A DNA stretch of 64,000 nt, taken from positions 96,720,001 through 96,784,000 of the forward strand of contig OX597821.1 of NCBI GenBank assembly GCA_951406725.2, written 5' to 3'. Positions 1-17,379 of this stretch are shown piece by piece (the first letter of the stretch is position 1; each line of letters begins with the position of its first letter). A model generated the notes under the pieces. That model had not been told where the DNA came from, ran no database searches, and saw only the letters and a list, made by a program, of their open reading frames with translations. The position numbers and the translations under genes are program-made. The stretch comes from Octopus vulgaris. Lineage: Eukaryota.

Positions 1-336
1 TCTCACCGGTTCATTCAACTATAAACGTTTCTGAGATAATCTCGTGACGTACTATTCGATAAATGCGTTCAACCGTTTATTGACCACATAGAGAGAAAGA
101 GACTGAGAGAATGAGTGAATGAGAGAGAGAGAATGAGGGAGAGGGAAGGAGAGAGAGTCGGCCTTTGGCAAACTGGAATTATTTGAGTCATAAATATATC
201 TCACTATTTCGTCTCACTGCTTATTTAAAGCACAGGTTGACCGCTTATCTGGACTTGGCATACACACTCACACGTGCGTGTTAGTGTGAATGTCCAGGCC
301 ACTCTCTATATGTGTGTGTTTGTGTGTATGCGTATG

Positions 337-367
<31 letters not shown>

Positions 368-649
368 GCATGTACGTATAACTACATTCATAAGCACACA
401 CCCATACATATACATTGCATGTTCCACATGCATGCATACATATATATGCATGCGTGCATATAATATATATATAAATATATACACGTGCACATACATGAGT
501 GTCTGTGCGTGCGTGTGTGTGTGCGTCGCACGTGCGTGTGTATGCATACACCAAACATATAGACCTGCCACACAGCCGGTCACAAATAGGTACAAGGTGC
601 ATTCAACCTGTTTTAGATAATGCAGTTATAAATGCTCTAGTTTTTTTTC

Positions 650-876
650 TTTATTGTCTACAAGGGGCTAAACATAGAGGGGACAAAGAAGGACAGACAA
701 TGGGATTAAGTCAATTACATCGACCCCAGTGCGTAACTGGTACTTATCTAATCGATCCCGAAAGGATGAAAGGCAAAGTCGACCTCGGTGGAATTTGAAC
801 TCAGAACGTAGCGGCACTCTAAATACCGCTAAGCATTTCTGCCGGCGTGCTAACGGTTCTGTCAGCTCGCCGCCTT
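650..876 (-). mobile_element. tRNA-derived SINE, family A
   Basis: A-box-like gagctg.cagaa, B-box gagttcaaattcc, core gtcgactttgcctttcatcctttcggg. Other copies ~23000-23195, 26105-26330, 26360-26520, 40470-40650, 44770-44960, 49230-49440, 49900-50105. Confidence 0.85.
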
Positions 877-989
877 TAGATTACTGTGATTTTAGTACAT
901 CATTATTATATATCTAATAAGCTGTCCCTACAAACATTTGTTATTCCGGATCGAAGGTGATAGCTGTAACAATACTTAGAATACATTCT

Positions 990-1686
990 GCTAAACACTG
1001 CTTCTCATAGTAGACTCGTTTTCAGAAGGCAACTGGGACGTGAAGACAGTTTGGGTGCACGCTATGCAATAAGGTTTTGCATTAACTGGACGAAAACGTT
1101 GCAGAAACTTATGAGGTGCTCTAGACGGCTTAAGGGTTTACTTATATGAGCTGAGCATCTGTTTTTTGCTGATACAAGAGGCTAGGCAAAGCAAGTCCAC
1201 AGGAAAGCTCACAATGATCCTATTTTTCTATAACAGGGCATCATATACATCCATTTGGTTCCCTCTGACTAGATGATAAACAAAGTGTACTTTGTGGAAG
1301 TTTTGAGGGAGTTCAGGAAAAGATTTCGTCGCAAAAAATCATAGTACCATCACTGGACAATGCTCTGGTCCACAATTTCATCATGGCAACCAACTATTTG
1401 ACATTGGTGGGTATCAGAACCGTCCATCAACCTCCCTGCCGCCCAAGGCCCTGCTCTGTGTGACTTTTTGATTCTTTCCCAAGGTGAAGGAGGCCGTGAC
1501 AAGGATCCAAGATGTCTTCACTTTGGAGGAATTCTATTGGGCCTTCACGAAGTGGCTGGAGTGCTACAGCAGGTACACTAAAGTCAGAGGGTCCTATTTT
1601 GAAGGAGATTAGATTTTTGTTTTTCTTTGATATTAATTAATGTAACTCCTGAAAAAGTCTCAGAGCTCTTGGAATGCACCTTGTAA
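990..1686 (+). mobile_element. Decayed mariner remnant
   Basis: Recognisable traces KLTMILFF, DNALVH, PP..P..ALCDF..FPK, GSYFEGD* and terminal ggaatgcaccttgTA. Confidence 0.6.
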
Positions 1687-2341
1687 TTGCCTCCCCACCT
1701 CACAAAAATGGTAATTCAACTCATAGTCATTATGATGATCTGATACGTCTTTAAGATACTTCAATGCATTTCTTTCTAGCATATCAAATCAACTATGTAC
1801 AAACGGCTGTTACTGGAGCAAATTAACCTCTAACACTTTATTGATCCACTAATTAAAGATGCTAAATATACACAACACAGTGTTTTATGGATCCTATACA
1901 AAAGTATACAATTACACAAATAAAACATGTGTATAAAAGGAAATCTATGTCATTATGTGTAACTGTGTGTGCAAGAACATGTAAAGAAATATGTAGGTGC
2001 TTGTACGCGTGCATAAATGTATATGTAGAATGCATTTATCCATATATATATATACGTACATTTATAAACACACACACACATATACATATACATATATACA
2101 TGTAATTCTCGATATATGTGTATCTGTGTGAGTTTGTTTGTGTGCTTGTGTGTGTGAAGCAATTGAAGTTGACACGTGGTGTGCATGGATATATTGTGAA
2201 TAAGTTCACATAACGTTTGATATGCGTTTGTTCAAGGTCGATGTGCAAATAGACCCTGTGGCTTAGCCACTGTGACTTCCGTTCTCTTTCTCTTCCTTTC
2301 TCTGTCTCTCACTCTCTCTCTCTCTCTCTCCTTGTAATACA

Positions 2342-3031
2342 AAGAAGAAGAGGAAGGGGAAGAAGAAGAAGAAGAAGAAGAAGAAGAAGGTGGGGAGGAG
2401 GAGGAGGAGGAGGATAAGAAGGAGGAGGAGGAGGAGAAGAATGAGGGGGAGAAGGAGGAGGAGGAGGAGGAGGAGAAGAAGAAGAAGGAGGAGGAGAAGA
2501 AGAAGAAGAAGAAGAAGAAGAAGGTGGAGGAGGAGGAGGAGGATGAGAAGGAGAAGAAGAAGGAGGAGGAGGAGAAGGAGGAGAAGGAGGAGAAGGAGGA
2601 GAAGGAGGAGAAGGAGGAGGAGGAGAAGGAGAAGCAGAAGGAGGATGAGGAGGATGAGGAGGATGAGGAGGATGAGGAGAAGAAGAAGAAGAAGGAGGAG
2701 GAGGAGAAGAAGAAGAAGAACAACAACAACAACAAGGAGGAGGAGGAGAAGAAGAAGAAGAAGGAGGAGGAGGAGGAGAAGAACAAGAACAAGAACAAGA
2801 AGAATAACAAGAAGGAGGAAGAGGAGAAGAAGAAGAAGAAGAAGAAGAGGAGGAGGAGGAGGAGGAGAAGAAGAAGAAGAAGAAGAAGAAGAAGAGGAGG
2901 AGGAGGAGGAGAAGAAGAAGAAGAAGAAGAAGAAGGAGGAGGAGGAGGAGGAGAAGAAGAAGAAGAAGGAGGAGAGGAGGAGGAGGAGGAGAAGAAGAAG
3001 AAGAAGAAGAAGAAGAAGAAGAAGAAGAAAG
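2342..3031. repeat. ~690-bp compound (GAG/AAG)n polypurine microsatellite
   Basis: Seen directly; explains the poly-E/K/R ORFs. Confidence 0.97.
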
Positions 3032-3342
3032 TTTAACTGGAAGCTTTAACTACCATTCCTCGTCTGACCTAACGGCCCTCCGTGTTTGTTTTCGTTTGGT
3101 TTGTCGTATGTCTCCACTGTCCTGCTTTTGTTACCAAATTTGACCTTCCGCAAGTTCAGGAAGCAACTGCCTTTCGAAGCCTCATATTGTCGTTAAATAC
3201 TCGAAATGAGGAGTAGATGGAAAGCCGACAACTGATGAAGGGTCGTTCTTTATGTTACTTGTCTTGTTTTCCATTTGTTTCTCTCGTTGTTTTCGTTCGC
3301 ATTTCATGTTGTTTACGTTTTGTGACGTCCTGTACACATATA

Positions 3343-3399
<57 letters not shown>

Positions 3400-3439
3400 G
3401 TATATGTATATGTATATATATATGCATATATATATATAC

Positions 3440-3652
3440 TCTTTTACTTGTTTCAGTCATTTGACTGCGGCCATGCTAGAGCACTGCCTTTAATCGAGCA
3501 ACACGACCCCGGGACTTATTCTTTTGTAAGCCCAGTACTTATTCTATCGGTCTCTTTTGCCGAACCGCTAAGTAACGGGGACATAAACACACGAGCATCG
3601 GTTGTCAAGCAATGCTAGGGGGACAAACACAGACACACAAACACAAACACGC

Positions 3653-3683
<31 letters not shown>

Positions 3684-3840
3684 TACGACAGGATCTTTCA
3701 GTTTCCGTCTACCAAGTCCACCCACAAGGCTTTGGTCGGCCCGAGGCTATAGTAGAAGACATTTGCCCAAGGTGCCACGCAGTGGGACTGAACCCGGAAC
3801 CATGTGGTTGGTAAACAAGCTACTTACCACACAGCCACTA
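3440..3840 (-). mobile_element. tRNA-derived SINE, family B, with internal (TA/TG)n
   Basis: gtggctgtgtggtaag...gggttcagtccc B-box. Copies at 30172-30645(+), 32505-32860(-), 33554-34050(+), 53920-54345(-), 54925-55275(-). Confidence 0.85.
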
Positions 3841-3961
3841 TTATTATATGATTGTGCGCTATGCATCCATTTCCAAGTAAGTTTATCAATTCTAGAGGTG
3901 ATAAGAAGCCAAAAGGGTATGCTCCCACTTTCAGTGTTCCCAAATCCGAATCAAGGAGTTC

Positions 3962-4013
3962 TGAGCTGACGAAAGAAATGTCGATTTGACTAATCTAGAA
4001 ACGTACGTTCTCA
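3962..4013 (+). ncRNA. Type I hammerhead ribozyme motif
   Basis: UGAG-CUGACGA-AAGA..UCUA-GAAA-CGUACG-UU-CUCA. Intact core, stem I UGAG/CUCA, palindromic stem III ACGUACGU; within a short element ending at (TA)n at 4190. Confidence 0.7.
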
Positions 4014-4187
4014 AATAACCTTTGCACTTGATTTTTTAATGTTTTTCCCCCATACCTTTGTGAGTTGGTTTGAGCAAACACTATCTGAGAGAGATCTTCT
4101 TTAAGTATTAGAAATAGCTAAAGAAATTTCTTTAGCTGCTATTTCTAATGAGTTCAGTATGTGGCAAAGTAATTTATTTTACTTAGC

Positions 4188-4325
<138 letters not shown>

Positions 4326-4488
4326 TCAATATAAAGTAGTGTACGTTTAAACACAAGAGAAAACTATCCTTTAACAGATAATTTAATTTTTACACGCTAG
4401 AAGTAACAGTCAAAACGACCAAAAGCACATTTTATAGCATTTATCGAAGGAAATGAAAAACAAAAACTTTTACCGTGTTATTTTTTGC

Positions 4489-4557
4489 GGTTATACCGAG
4501 GTTTCAAATTTCTTTAGCAAATAAGATAATTTGCTAGGCGAATTCTCATCAATAAGC
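4489..4557 (-). ncRNA. Degenerate hammerhead motif (C3U) in a (TA)n-flanked element with a 475-nt-spaced direct repeat
   Basis: Minus strand GCUUA-UUGAUGA-GAAUUC..UAGCAAAU/AUUUGCUA..GAAAUUU-GAAA-CCUCGG-UA-UAACC. Direct repeat ctcaatataaa.tagtgtac.tttaaac at 4325 and 4800. Confidence 0.5.
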
Positions 4558-4981
4558 AGCCTTAACCACTAACTTATAATTCAGAGACAAATAACACGTG
4601 TCTCATCACTATATGTTATAATTTTTCAAAATTCAGCGCGCAAGCGCAGTTTCAGTCGACAGTATATAGATAATGCCAAGCTGATTCCTCGAGAATGCTA
4701 AGATCATATTCGTAAGATACATATATAGGGTAGCTAATATTCTTTGAAATATCACCACCAGTGGCCTAGCATGTATAAATAGTCAATAGACAACATATTC
4801 TCAATATAAAATAGTGTACATTTAAACTCCTACTGTAATCTCCAACTGGACAGACAAACGAACATCTCAAGAAAACCTAAAAACTTTAATATATTACCCA
4901 AATACGTAAACACAAGTTTATTGCAACAACACAATTTAATTCCAAAATTCAATGACGTGAATATCAGTATATATGTGTGTG

Positions 4982-5024
<43 letters not shown>

Positions 5025-5474
5025 TATTGCTTTTTTCTACCAGTAATTACAAATAGAACAGGTTTATTTGCCCCTCTTCAAGGCAGCGCTCCCAGCGGCC
5101 ACTGGAAGTAGTAAACACATTTGACTTCTGCTGACCCAAAGATTGCGAAGATTCTTTTGTTTTTATGGCTGACCTCCCCATCATCTGCCGAATCTATTTA
5201 TAGACCTGTAGAATATGATCTATTTCACCAAACTGCTGCCCAACTATTTCCTCTAACAATGGTAGTGGTGGTGATGGTGATAACGAAAAAAATTAAAATG
5301 ATAATAATATACTGCAGCTACTGATACTAAATACTACAAATACTACAATGATACAACTACTACTATTATGATAGCACAGGAATCTGAAGCCCAACTACCA
5401 CCCTTACCACTACCGCAAACACTGCAGCTACTACACAAAAAATTAATAATATCAGAGATATCAGTGATTATAGA

Positions 5475-5535
<61 letters not shown>

Positions 5536-5538
<3 letters not shown>

Positions 5539-7315
5539 TTCCAGGGAGACACGCTCTCTCCACTCCTTTTCTGCTTGGCACTGTCACCTCTATCTGATAT
5601 GCTAAATAGAACTGGATGCGGATATAAATGTTACGGCAAAACGATCAGCCACCTTTTATATATGGATGACCTAAAACTATACGCTGCAAATGACAAACAG
5701 CTGGAAACACTATTAAAGACAGTTCTTGGATTTACCAAAGAAATAGATATGAAATTTGGATTAGAAAAATGCGCCAAAGTAACCCTGAAAAGAGGAAAAC
5801 TAGTTAAGAGTAACAACATTACACTAGATAAAACCAATGAAATAAAAGAATTAGACCAAAGCCAAACTTACAAATACTTAGGAATCCATGAACTAGATAA
5901 GACACAACACACACAAATGAAAGAGAAAAAAAAAAAGAATATTATAGACGAGTTAGATCAATACTAAACACAGAGCTCAATGCTAAAAACGAGATAATAG
6001 GTATCAACACTTTAGCTGTCCCAGTTATAAGTTACAGCTACAATATCCTTAACTGGACACGAAATGAACTGACCAAAATAGATAGGAAAACAAGAAAAAT
6101 AATGACAGGATCTAGGATGCATCACCCAAAATCTGACATAGAAAGACTATATATACAACGTATAGAAGGTGGTAGAGGCCTTATACAGCTGGAAAACTAC
6201 TATAAAATAACCACCATAGGACTGCAAAGATATCTACTTCAGAAGGAAGGAAAACTGATCCAGATAGCGGCAAAACACGAGCAAAACAAAAAACTGTTCT
6301 CAGTATTTAAGGAAGCTGACAAATACAAACAAGAAATCATACCACCTAATAAACATGAAGAAGAAGAAGAAGATGAAGAAACAACAAAAGCTATAAAACA
6401 AATGAAATCCAAACTAAAAATAGAACAGCAACGAACCATGATAAAACGATGGCAAGAAAAGCCCCTTCATGGTAAATACTGGACTAAACTAAACGCAAAA
6501 GAAATAGACAAAGAAAAATTCCCAGCAATGGTTGAGAAGCTCAGGACTCAAAGCAGAAACAGAGGGATTTTTAATTGCAGCACAAGACCAAAGCCTCCCC
6601 ACCAGAAATTACCAAAAACATGTAATGAAAAGAAATATTACAAGTAACTGCAGAATATGTGGAGATGGACAAGAAACAATAAATCATATTATCTCTAGCT
6701 GCCCAGTCTTGGCTAAGAAGGAATATATTCACAGACATGACAGAGTTGGAACCTACATACATTGGAAGCTATGCCAACATTATGGAATAACAACAGAAAA
6801 AAGATGGTATAGGCACACACCAGAAAAGGTCACAGAAAACGAGAAAGCAACCATACTCTGGGATATGCCGATACACACAGATAGAGAAATTAAGGCCAAC
6901 AGACCAGATATAGTTGTCAGAGATCATGAAGAAAAAAAATGCTTTCTAATTGATGTATCAATACCGGCTGATGACAACGTGTCTCTAAAAGAAATGGAGA
7001 AACTCTCAAAATACAAAGACCTGGAAATAGAGGTAACTAGAATGTGGAATCTGAAAACAGAAACAATTCCTATCATAGTAGGTGCATTAGGCATGATAAA
7101 AAAATATTCAGACAAATACATAACAAAAACACCAGGACTTACAAACACATATAACATACAGAAAATTGCACTACTAGGCACTGCACACATCCTACGCAGA
7201 ACACTTTCCATACAATAACCATCAGAGCATCACAACAAATCACAGCACATACCCAAAGCACACAGAGCTGTGCTCGGTAGTGAGGTGAAAGCACGCTATA
7301 AAAATAAAACTACTG
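5536..7315 (+). mobile_element. 5'-truncated R4/Dong-type non-LTR retrotransposon (RT + CCHC + REL endonuclease) inserted in (TAA)n
   Basis: IFQGDTLSPLLF, YMDD, YKYLG, CRICGDGQETINHIISSC, RHD, RPD..IDVSIP, K..KY motifs across ORFs 5368-5967, 6102-6647 and 6532-7218; (TAA)n on both sides; two frameshifts. Confidence 0.92.
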
Positions 7316-7479
7316 AATAATAATAATAATAATGAAAGGAAACGGGTAGAGCCTCCTTATGGGCTGATTAATGATACATCTAGTGATGGTATCACAATAA
7401 AAACACTGGTAATTGCACAACCTGATAAATACTACCTCATATGAGTGACAATGAAACAACAAAATATTGTGAATAACGA

Positions 7480-10972
<3,493 letters not shown>

Positions 10973-10980
10973 CACCACTA

Positions 10981-11013
<33 letters not shown>

Positions 11014-12023
11014 CCAATGCTAGCACTACTGCTTTTACTGCTGCTTTTCTTCATTCTACTTTTGATGCTATTGCTGCTGTTGTTGATGTTGCTGTTGTAG
11101 CAGCTACTAATGTTACTGCTACTAGTGCTACTAATATTGCTACTGTTGCTGCCACTACTACTATTTTTACTTCTGATTATACTATAGCTACTGCGATATG
11201 TTCTACTAATGATAGTTCTGTTCTTCCTTATGGTGATGCATTACATCATTCAGAAATATCTACATAGAGTTAGCCGGAATCTTTACGTGACCAAAAGAAC
11301 CTGCAAAAATATCAACTAAATACCTGTGAAATGTACCATTATCGGCTTAAAAACAGAATATCTAGACAATATTGGGTATTGCTTTTTGAACAATGTCGAG
11401 AGAAGACTGCATAATGCTGAGTATCTAGAGAACATTGGCTAAGCCAGTCCTTGTCATACTATGTTTAAAAGAAGATAGGGTGGTCATAGATGGACTGCCT
11501 TTGATCATAGATGTGCAAAAGACGTACGGATATGAGGCTTAAAAAAAAACATAAATCGATCCGCTGAAAGGACTGGTTATAAATGTCAGCAATTTCTTCT
11601 TCCAGTAACATAAGAACTTGAACAATGTTTTAAACGGAACCAAAACAAATTCTTATCGCAGACTACCACTGCTTTTTATTGGATTCTGGCATTTCATTAC
11701 TCACAATTATTCTGGATCGGTCATTGACTGACAGGAGTCTTCTGCGCAGATACAGTCCAATAACGTAGACTATCTGAACAATATCGATTATCTGCTGCAC
11801 GAGCGTTCGCACCCTGATAAACGTAGCACGTGCATAAATGTATCAAATCTCCGGATAGATAGAAGTTATGCCTCGACTGGGAGGTTTCAATGAAGCATAG
11901 ACGACAATCAAGAATTCCAATGAACTAAGCCTTTTGTTTACTTACGAAATAGACAAACACATTGAGTTGCCGTTTATTGGTGACATTTAAAAACAATAAC
12001 CTCATTCAGACTATGCTATCGGT

Positions 12024-12083
<60 letters not shown>

Positions 12084-12480
12084 TCATTAACCCTGCCTCT
12101 CCCGGAATACACTTATACCTACCTACATGTGTGTCTGTTCGTGTGTGTGTGTGTGTGTGTCTGTCTGTTCGTGCGTGCATACGTGCGTGTGTATGAGGTG
12201 TCCTTGTATGAGTGTTTGTATGTTCTTTGAGTGCGCGTCGGCACGTGTGTGTTCGAACTAATTTCTAATTTTCTTAATAAAGCATGTTTAATAATTGATG
12301 GCTATGTCTGTTTTTATAGAGTTCAAAAGAGCAACAGATTAAATTATTGTCATGCATGCATACATGTACGTGTATGTATGCGCGTGCGTATTTGTGCGTG
12401 TATGTGTGAGTATATATATGCTTGTGTGTGAGTGATTAGTGTATAGCTAGTGCATGACCATATTTCATCATCATCATCAT

Positions 12481-12522
<42 letters not shown>

Positions 12523-12591
12523 TTGCAAACAGACATAGATGTATATGTGTGAAAGTATGTATGTATATGTGTGTATATGTGTATGTATATA

Positions 12592-13146
12592 TATAATCAA
12601 AATAAGCAACAAGGATATCCAAACTAGTGTAGTACAATCGTTTCATGCTACTTCATTTTATTAAACACTGTAAGTATTACATTAGTTTTAAAATGTCGAG
12701 CAATCTTCAGCCACATATAGATTTTTTTAATTAAACGGACAATGCACATTTTTATACTTATTTCATTTGCCAACAATTACTAAGAGGGTAGATCTATAGA
12801 CAGAGAGATTAATTTCATCATTAAGAACATACTACCACCATCTTAATGATGAAATTAACCCCTCTGTCTATATGTCTACCCGCTTTGTAATTGTTGGCAA
12901 ATGAAATAAGTATAAAAATGTGCATTGTCCGTTTAATTAAAAAATTCTATATGTGGCTGAAGATTGCTCGACATTTTAAAACTGATGAAATACTTACGTA
13001 GCATGAAACGACTGTACTACACTAGTTTGGATATCCTTGTTGCTTATTTTGATTATAATCACCCCATTTGATTTATATGGATAATACCATACAAAATTCT
13101 GGTGCCTCTAACTTAAGTACCATATTCATCTGAATCTAAATTTTGC

Positions 13147-13150
<4 letters not shown>
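12592..13150. mobile_element. Fold-back (inverted pLTR-like) element between (TA)n tracts, with a hammerhead motif on each strand
   Basis: Inverted arms 12592-12826 and 12841-13057 around a 14-nt spacer. Plus-strand HHR 12952-13021 (UGUGG-CUGAAGA-UUGCU..AGCAU-GAAA-CGACUG-UA-CUACA) and its mirror at 12628-12715. Confidence 0.8.
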
Positions 13151-13230
<80 letters not shown>

Positions 13231-13383
13231 GGGCTTAGTAAAATAAATTACTTTGCCACATACTGAACTTTATTTTACTAAGCCCTAATTATATAATATA
13301 ATATTTTGAATTCGCCTTAAATGGTCCTTTTACATACTGAACACTACTTGGTGAAATTGATTAATAACTAATTAATTTTACCC

Positions 13384-13442
<59 letters not shown>

Positions 13443-13500
13443 CTAATGGTAAAACAACAAAAGAATAAATGAAACCACGATATAATGTAATTTTGCCTCG

Positions 13501-13559
13501 ATAACTGACGAGATGTCGGAGCAGTTTTATGCCACGACATCCGAAACGCGGAGTCTTAT
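13501..13559 (+). ncRNA. Type I hammerhead ribozyme motif with GUC site
   Basis: AUAA-CUGACGA-GAUGUCG(loop)CGACAUC-C-GAAA-C(gcgga)G-UC-UUAU, ~60 nt downstream of a (TA)n tract. Confidence 0.72.
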
Positions 13560-14186
13560 TATAGGAACCGAATAATTGTCACATATTATATTATACATAC
13601 ATACACACATACATACACATTCATACACACATACATACATAATACATACACACATACACACATATACAAACAAAGACATACATACATACATACATACATA
13701 CATACATACATACATACATACATACATACATACATACATACATACATACATACATACATACATACATACATACATACATACATACAGGTGTGCGTGTGTA
13801 AAGTCACTAGACACCGGTCCAGTGTTGTTTCCAAAGACATGGCCTTAAAATTTAATATTTCCGAATCCAATACACCTACCTATAAATAGTTACCATGGTT
13901 AAGAAGTGTCCATCTGTTTATATAAAAATATCATGTGAATGTCCAATCTAACTATCTTCAAATACGTATCATTTACAAAGCTATGGTGTATGTATGCGTT
14001 ATGGAAATAGTCATTAACTTCTTTTTGTACAGTCCACTTTGCGGTAATTACATTTCGTGTGCATATACATAGTGACTTTGGTGTAAATATGTTCCCCATA
14101 CAGTTCAGATTCTTCTAAATAAATCTCCTGCTTAAGTACTGTCTATCAAGATATCTGTGCAAGTTGAAGGAAAAGAGTTCAAGCAG

Positions 14187-14261
<75 letters not shown>

Positions 14262-14396
14262 TGTATCTATATATATATTGCCTCCCCTTTGCAAATATGT
14301 CAAAGCCAACAGGAGACGTCGATGTTTCCTAGAGCTAAATGGCGGTGGTGTAATTCCCTCACGGGACTGTCACATTGAGTTGACAGTATACGACCA

Positions 14397-14457
<61 letters not shown>

Positions 14458-15271
14458 GTATATGTATGTATGTATATCTATATGTATGTATATATGTATA
14501 TATCTATATCATGGTGATATTAGAAGCCAGCTAAGAGTAAATAAATACATTTCGTAGAGGAATATAATAAGTACTGGTGAAGGAGAAACACAGAGTAGTC
14601 GTTATGAAGCGTCATCAATACACTCGATTAAGATGTATATATAGTTATGATGAAATAGTGGAACTGTTCGATAATACGCAGACGTTATTAGGCACAGTGT
14701 GTTTTGCTATAAGTTAGCATCATTGAAAAATTGCAGTTCACCTAGTTGTCATTAGATGCAATAAAGAGGATACAGTCAGCCTGTCTGCAAATATTTTATA
14801 CGCGTCCATTTCTGTTGGTTCCCAGTATCTTTCACTAGAATACTAGATTTTAACACACTTAACAGAATTAGAGTCTCTATGACGAGAAATTACGCAATGT
14901 GAATACAGGGTATAATATAAACTGAGAACCTCTCTATTTAACTCTACAAGAACTAGAAATTCAATGAAGGAAAACTTAGAAGCCCGAAGACACAATATAT
15001 GAAAACAATTCAGTCAATACGCAAACTTGTAAGAAGCGACTACTGCGGAAGTACAGTCCATCTAGCTGTAATAGGTGACAAGGCGGGTACACCTTAATTA
15101 CATACTCAACGCAATATAGTTACCCGGCTACCCATCTTTCAATGAACAATGACAATCATTACATAAAGAATATATCTCTAACTATACAAATTGTAACAAC
15201 AGAATATAACACATAACTATACAACATATATGGAACTATAAATGTATTACTAAACAATGTATGTATGCGTA

Positions 15272-15310
<39 letters not shown>

Positions 15311-15764
15311 TATTGTTAGTCATAAGTTTATATTTATATCTAAATATATGTCATAGATGTATAGTTAACCACCTTAAGGGACAGAAAAAAATCCAATGAA
15401 TTACTGGTTTGTTACCTATCATTTTGTTGTGAATAGTAACATTTCTAAAATAATAGGTGTAAATATAAATCGTGGTTTATGAATATTCAAATTAAGATTT
15501 AGAAAATGGAGAACTAGCGTTAATATAATTTATTAACTGCAAAATTTCAACATGTTCTCTTACAGCTGTTTCGATTTTGCCCAAAAGAATTAAATTCCAG
15601 TAATAATAACATTTTACTGGGCAAAATCTCGTCAGAGGAGTACAAACGATATATCGATAGATTATTACATGTTATTCTTCCAGAACATCTCATTTTTGTA
15701 GTTAAATAATATTTTGGGATTTTTATATTAATGGATTTTAATTTGTACACACACACACATATAT

Positions 15765-15866
15765 ACCGTTGGCGATTTTTTTTCTTCTGTCTTCCCTTCT
15801 CTGGATCTTTCCTTCTCCTATGTTTCCGACGAAGAGCTCCGCTCGAAAGTGCTTTCTAGTTTGGAT

Positions 15867-15871
<5 letters not shown>
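15765..15871 (+). mobile_element. Internally deleted copy of the ~210-bp hammerhead unit
   Basis: gtttccgacgaagagctccgctcgaaa joined directly to the terminal tttggattaac-(TA)n. Confidence 0.7.
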
Positions 15872-15927
<56 letters not shown>

Positions 15928-15931
<4 letters not shown>

Positions 15932-16110
15932 GCAAAAAGAAAAAAAATTATTTACCAATATGCAGAAAAATAGACTCTAAATCGTCTACCCACATAAGAT
16001 ATTCTCACTTGTATTATTAATAATACAAGTAAAATATCTTATGTAGTTAGACGATTTAGCGTCGGTTTTTCAGCATATTGGCAAAGAATTTTTTTTTCTT
16101 TTGCTTTTAT
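15928..16110. repeat. ~180-bp imperfect spacer-less palindrome next to (TA)n
   Basis: Centre acttgtattatt|aataatacaagt; arms pair out to gcaaaaagaaaaaaaatt / aatttttttttcttttgc. Confidence 0.85.
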
Positions 16111-16209
16111 TCATAATTGTATAATTTTCACCTTAAACGATATTTTTCATATGCTGGTCACTATTAAAGTTTTTAATAAAATTTTATCCTTATATTAGAA
16201 GTATATATC

Positions 16210-16298
<89 letters not shown>

Positions 16299-16303
16299 GT
16301 CTG

Positions 16304-16462
<159 letters not shown>

Positions 16463-16545
16463 CTCCTTCTATAAAATAAATTAATTTACTCTGCTATGTA
16501 TTGAGTACCTTATTTACTGGGGTTAACCCCGACTCAACCCGGGAC

Positions 16546-16576
<31 letters not shown>

Positions 16577-16688
16577 ACTTGCATAGTTTAAATTATAGCT
16601 ATACTATACACGTATAAGTTAACACAAAACATACTAAACTTTACAACACAGCTCCAACTGCACGACATCGCTTTCTCTCCCTCTCTCC

Positions 16689-16746
<58 letters not shown>

Positions 16747-17379
16747 CTATATAACATAGCTGTAAATATTCTGCATATTACTAACTTAAATACACATATA
16801 ACTACACCACTTAATACTAACTATACAATATGTCACTAACTTTATAACCACTCAAACTACACAAATTACACACATTCTATACGATCTATATAAGCATCCA
16901 CTATACATCTAACTATATTAAAATATCTTCAGTTACGAAAATCATAACCAACTATACAATTCATAACTAACTAGTTGTTTAAACAACTCCGTGAACAGTG
17001 TAGCGTCACATAGTAACTTTCAATAAAATCACTTACAGATTGACTATGCAGGACATGATATTAATAATTAACGTGGATAGTCACTAGAATTGGTATACTT
17101 GTCTAATGATGCTTTGTGACGCCAACAGTTGTATTGGAAATAAATATTGAGCTGAAGCGTGGTGTGTATATTGGTTGTGAGATAAGATATAGTGAAGAAT
17201 ATAACATTCTAGGCAGCACTCTTCATTGATGAGGGTAGGTCTGATAATATTTCTACGTACAGAAATTTCTCTTTCACTATCTCCTTTCTCTCTCTCTCTT
17301 TCTCAGACTTTGTGGATATGCGTGTGTGTGTGTGTATGTCTATGTATATGTATATTTATATGTGTGTATATATATATAT

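Noticed and set aside
2232-3049. Poly-R/E/K and poly-S/F ORFs of 170-219 aa
   Set aside because: Translations of a trinucleotide microsatellite; no domain or splice evidence.
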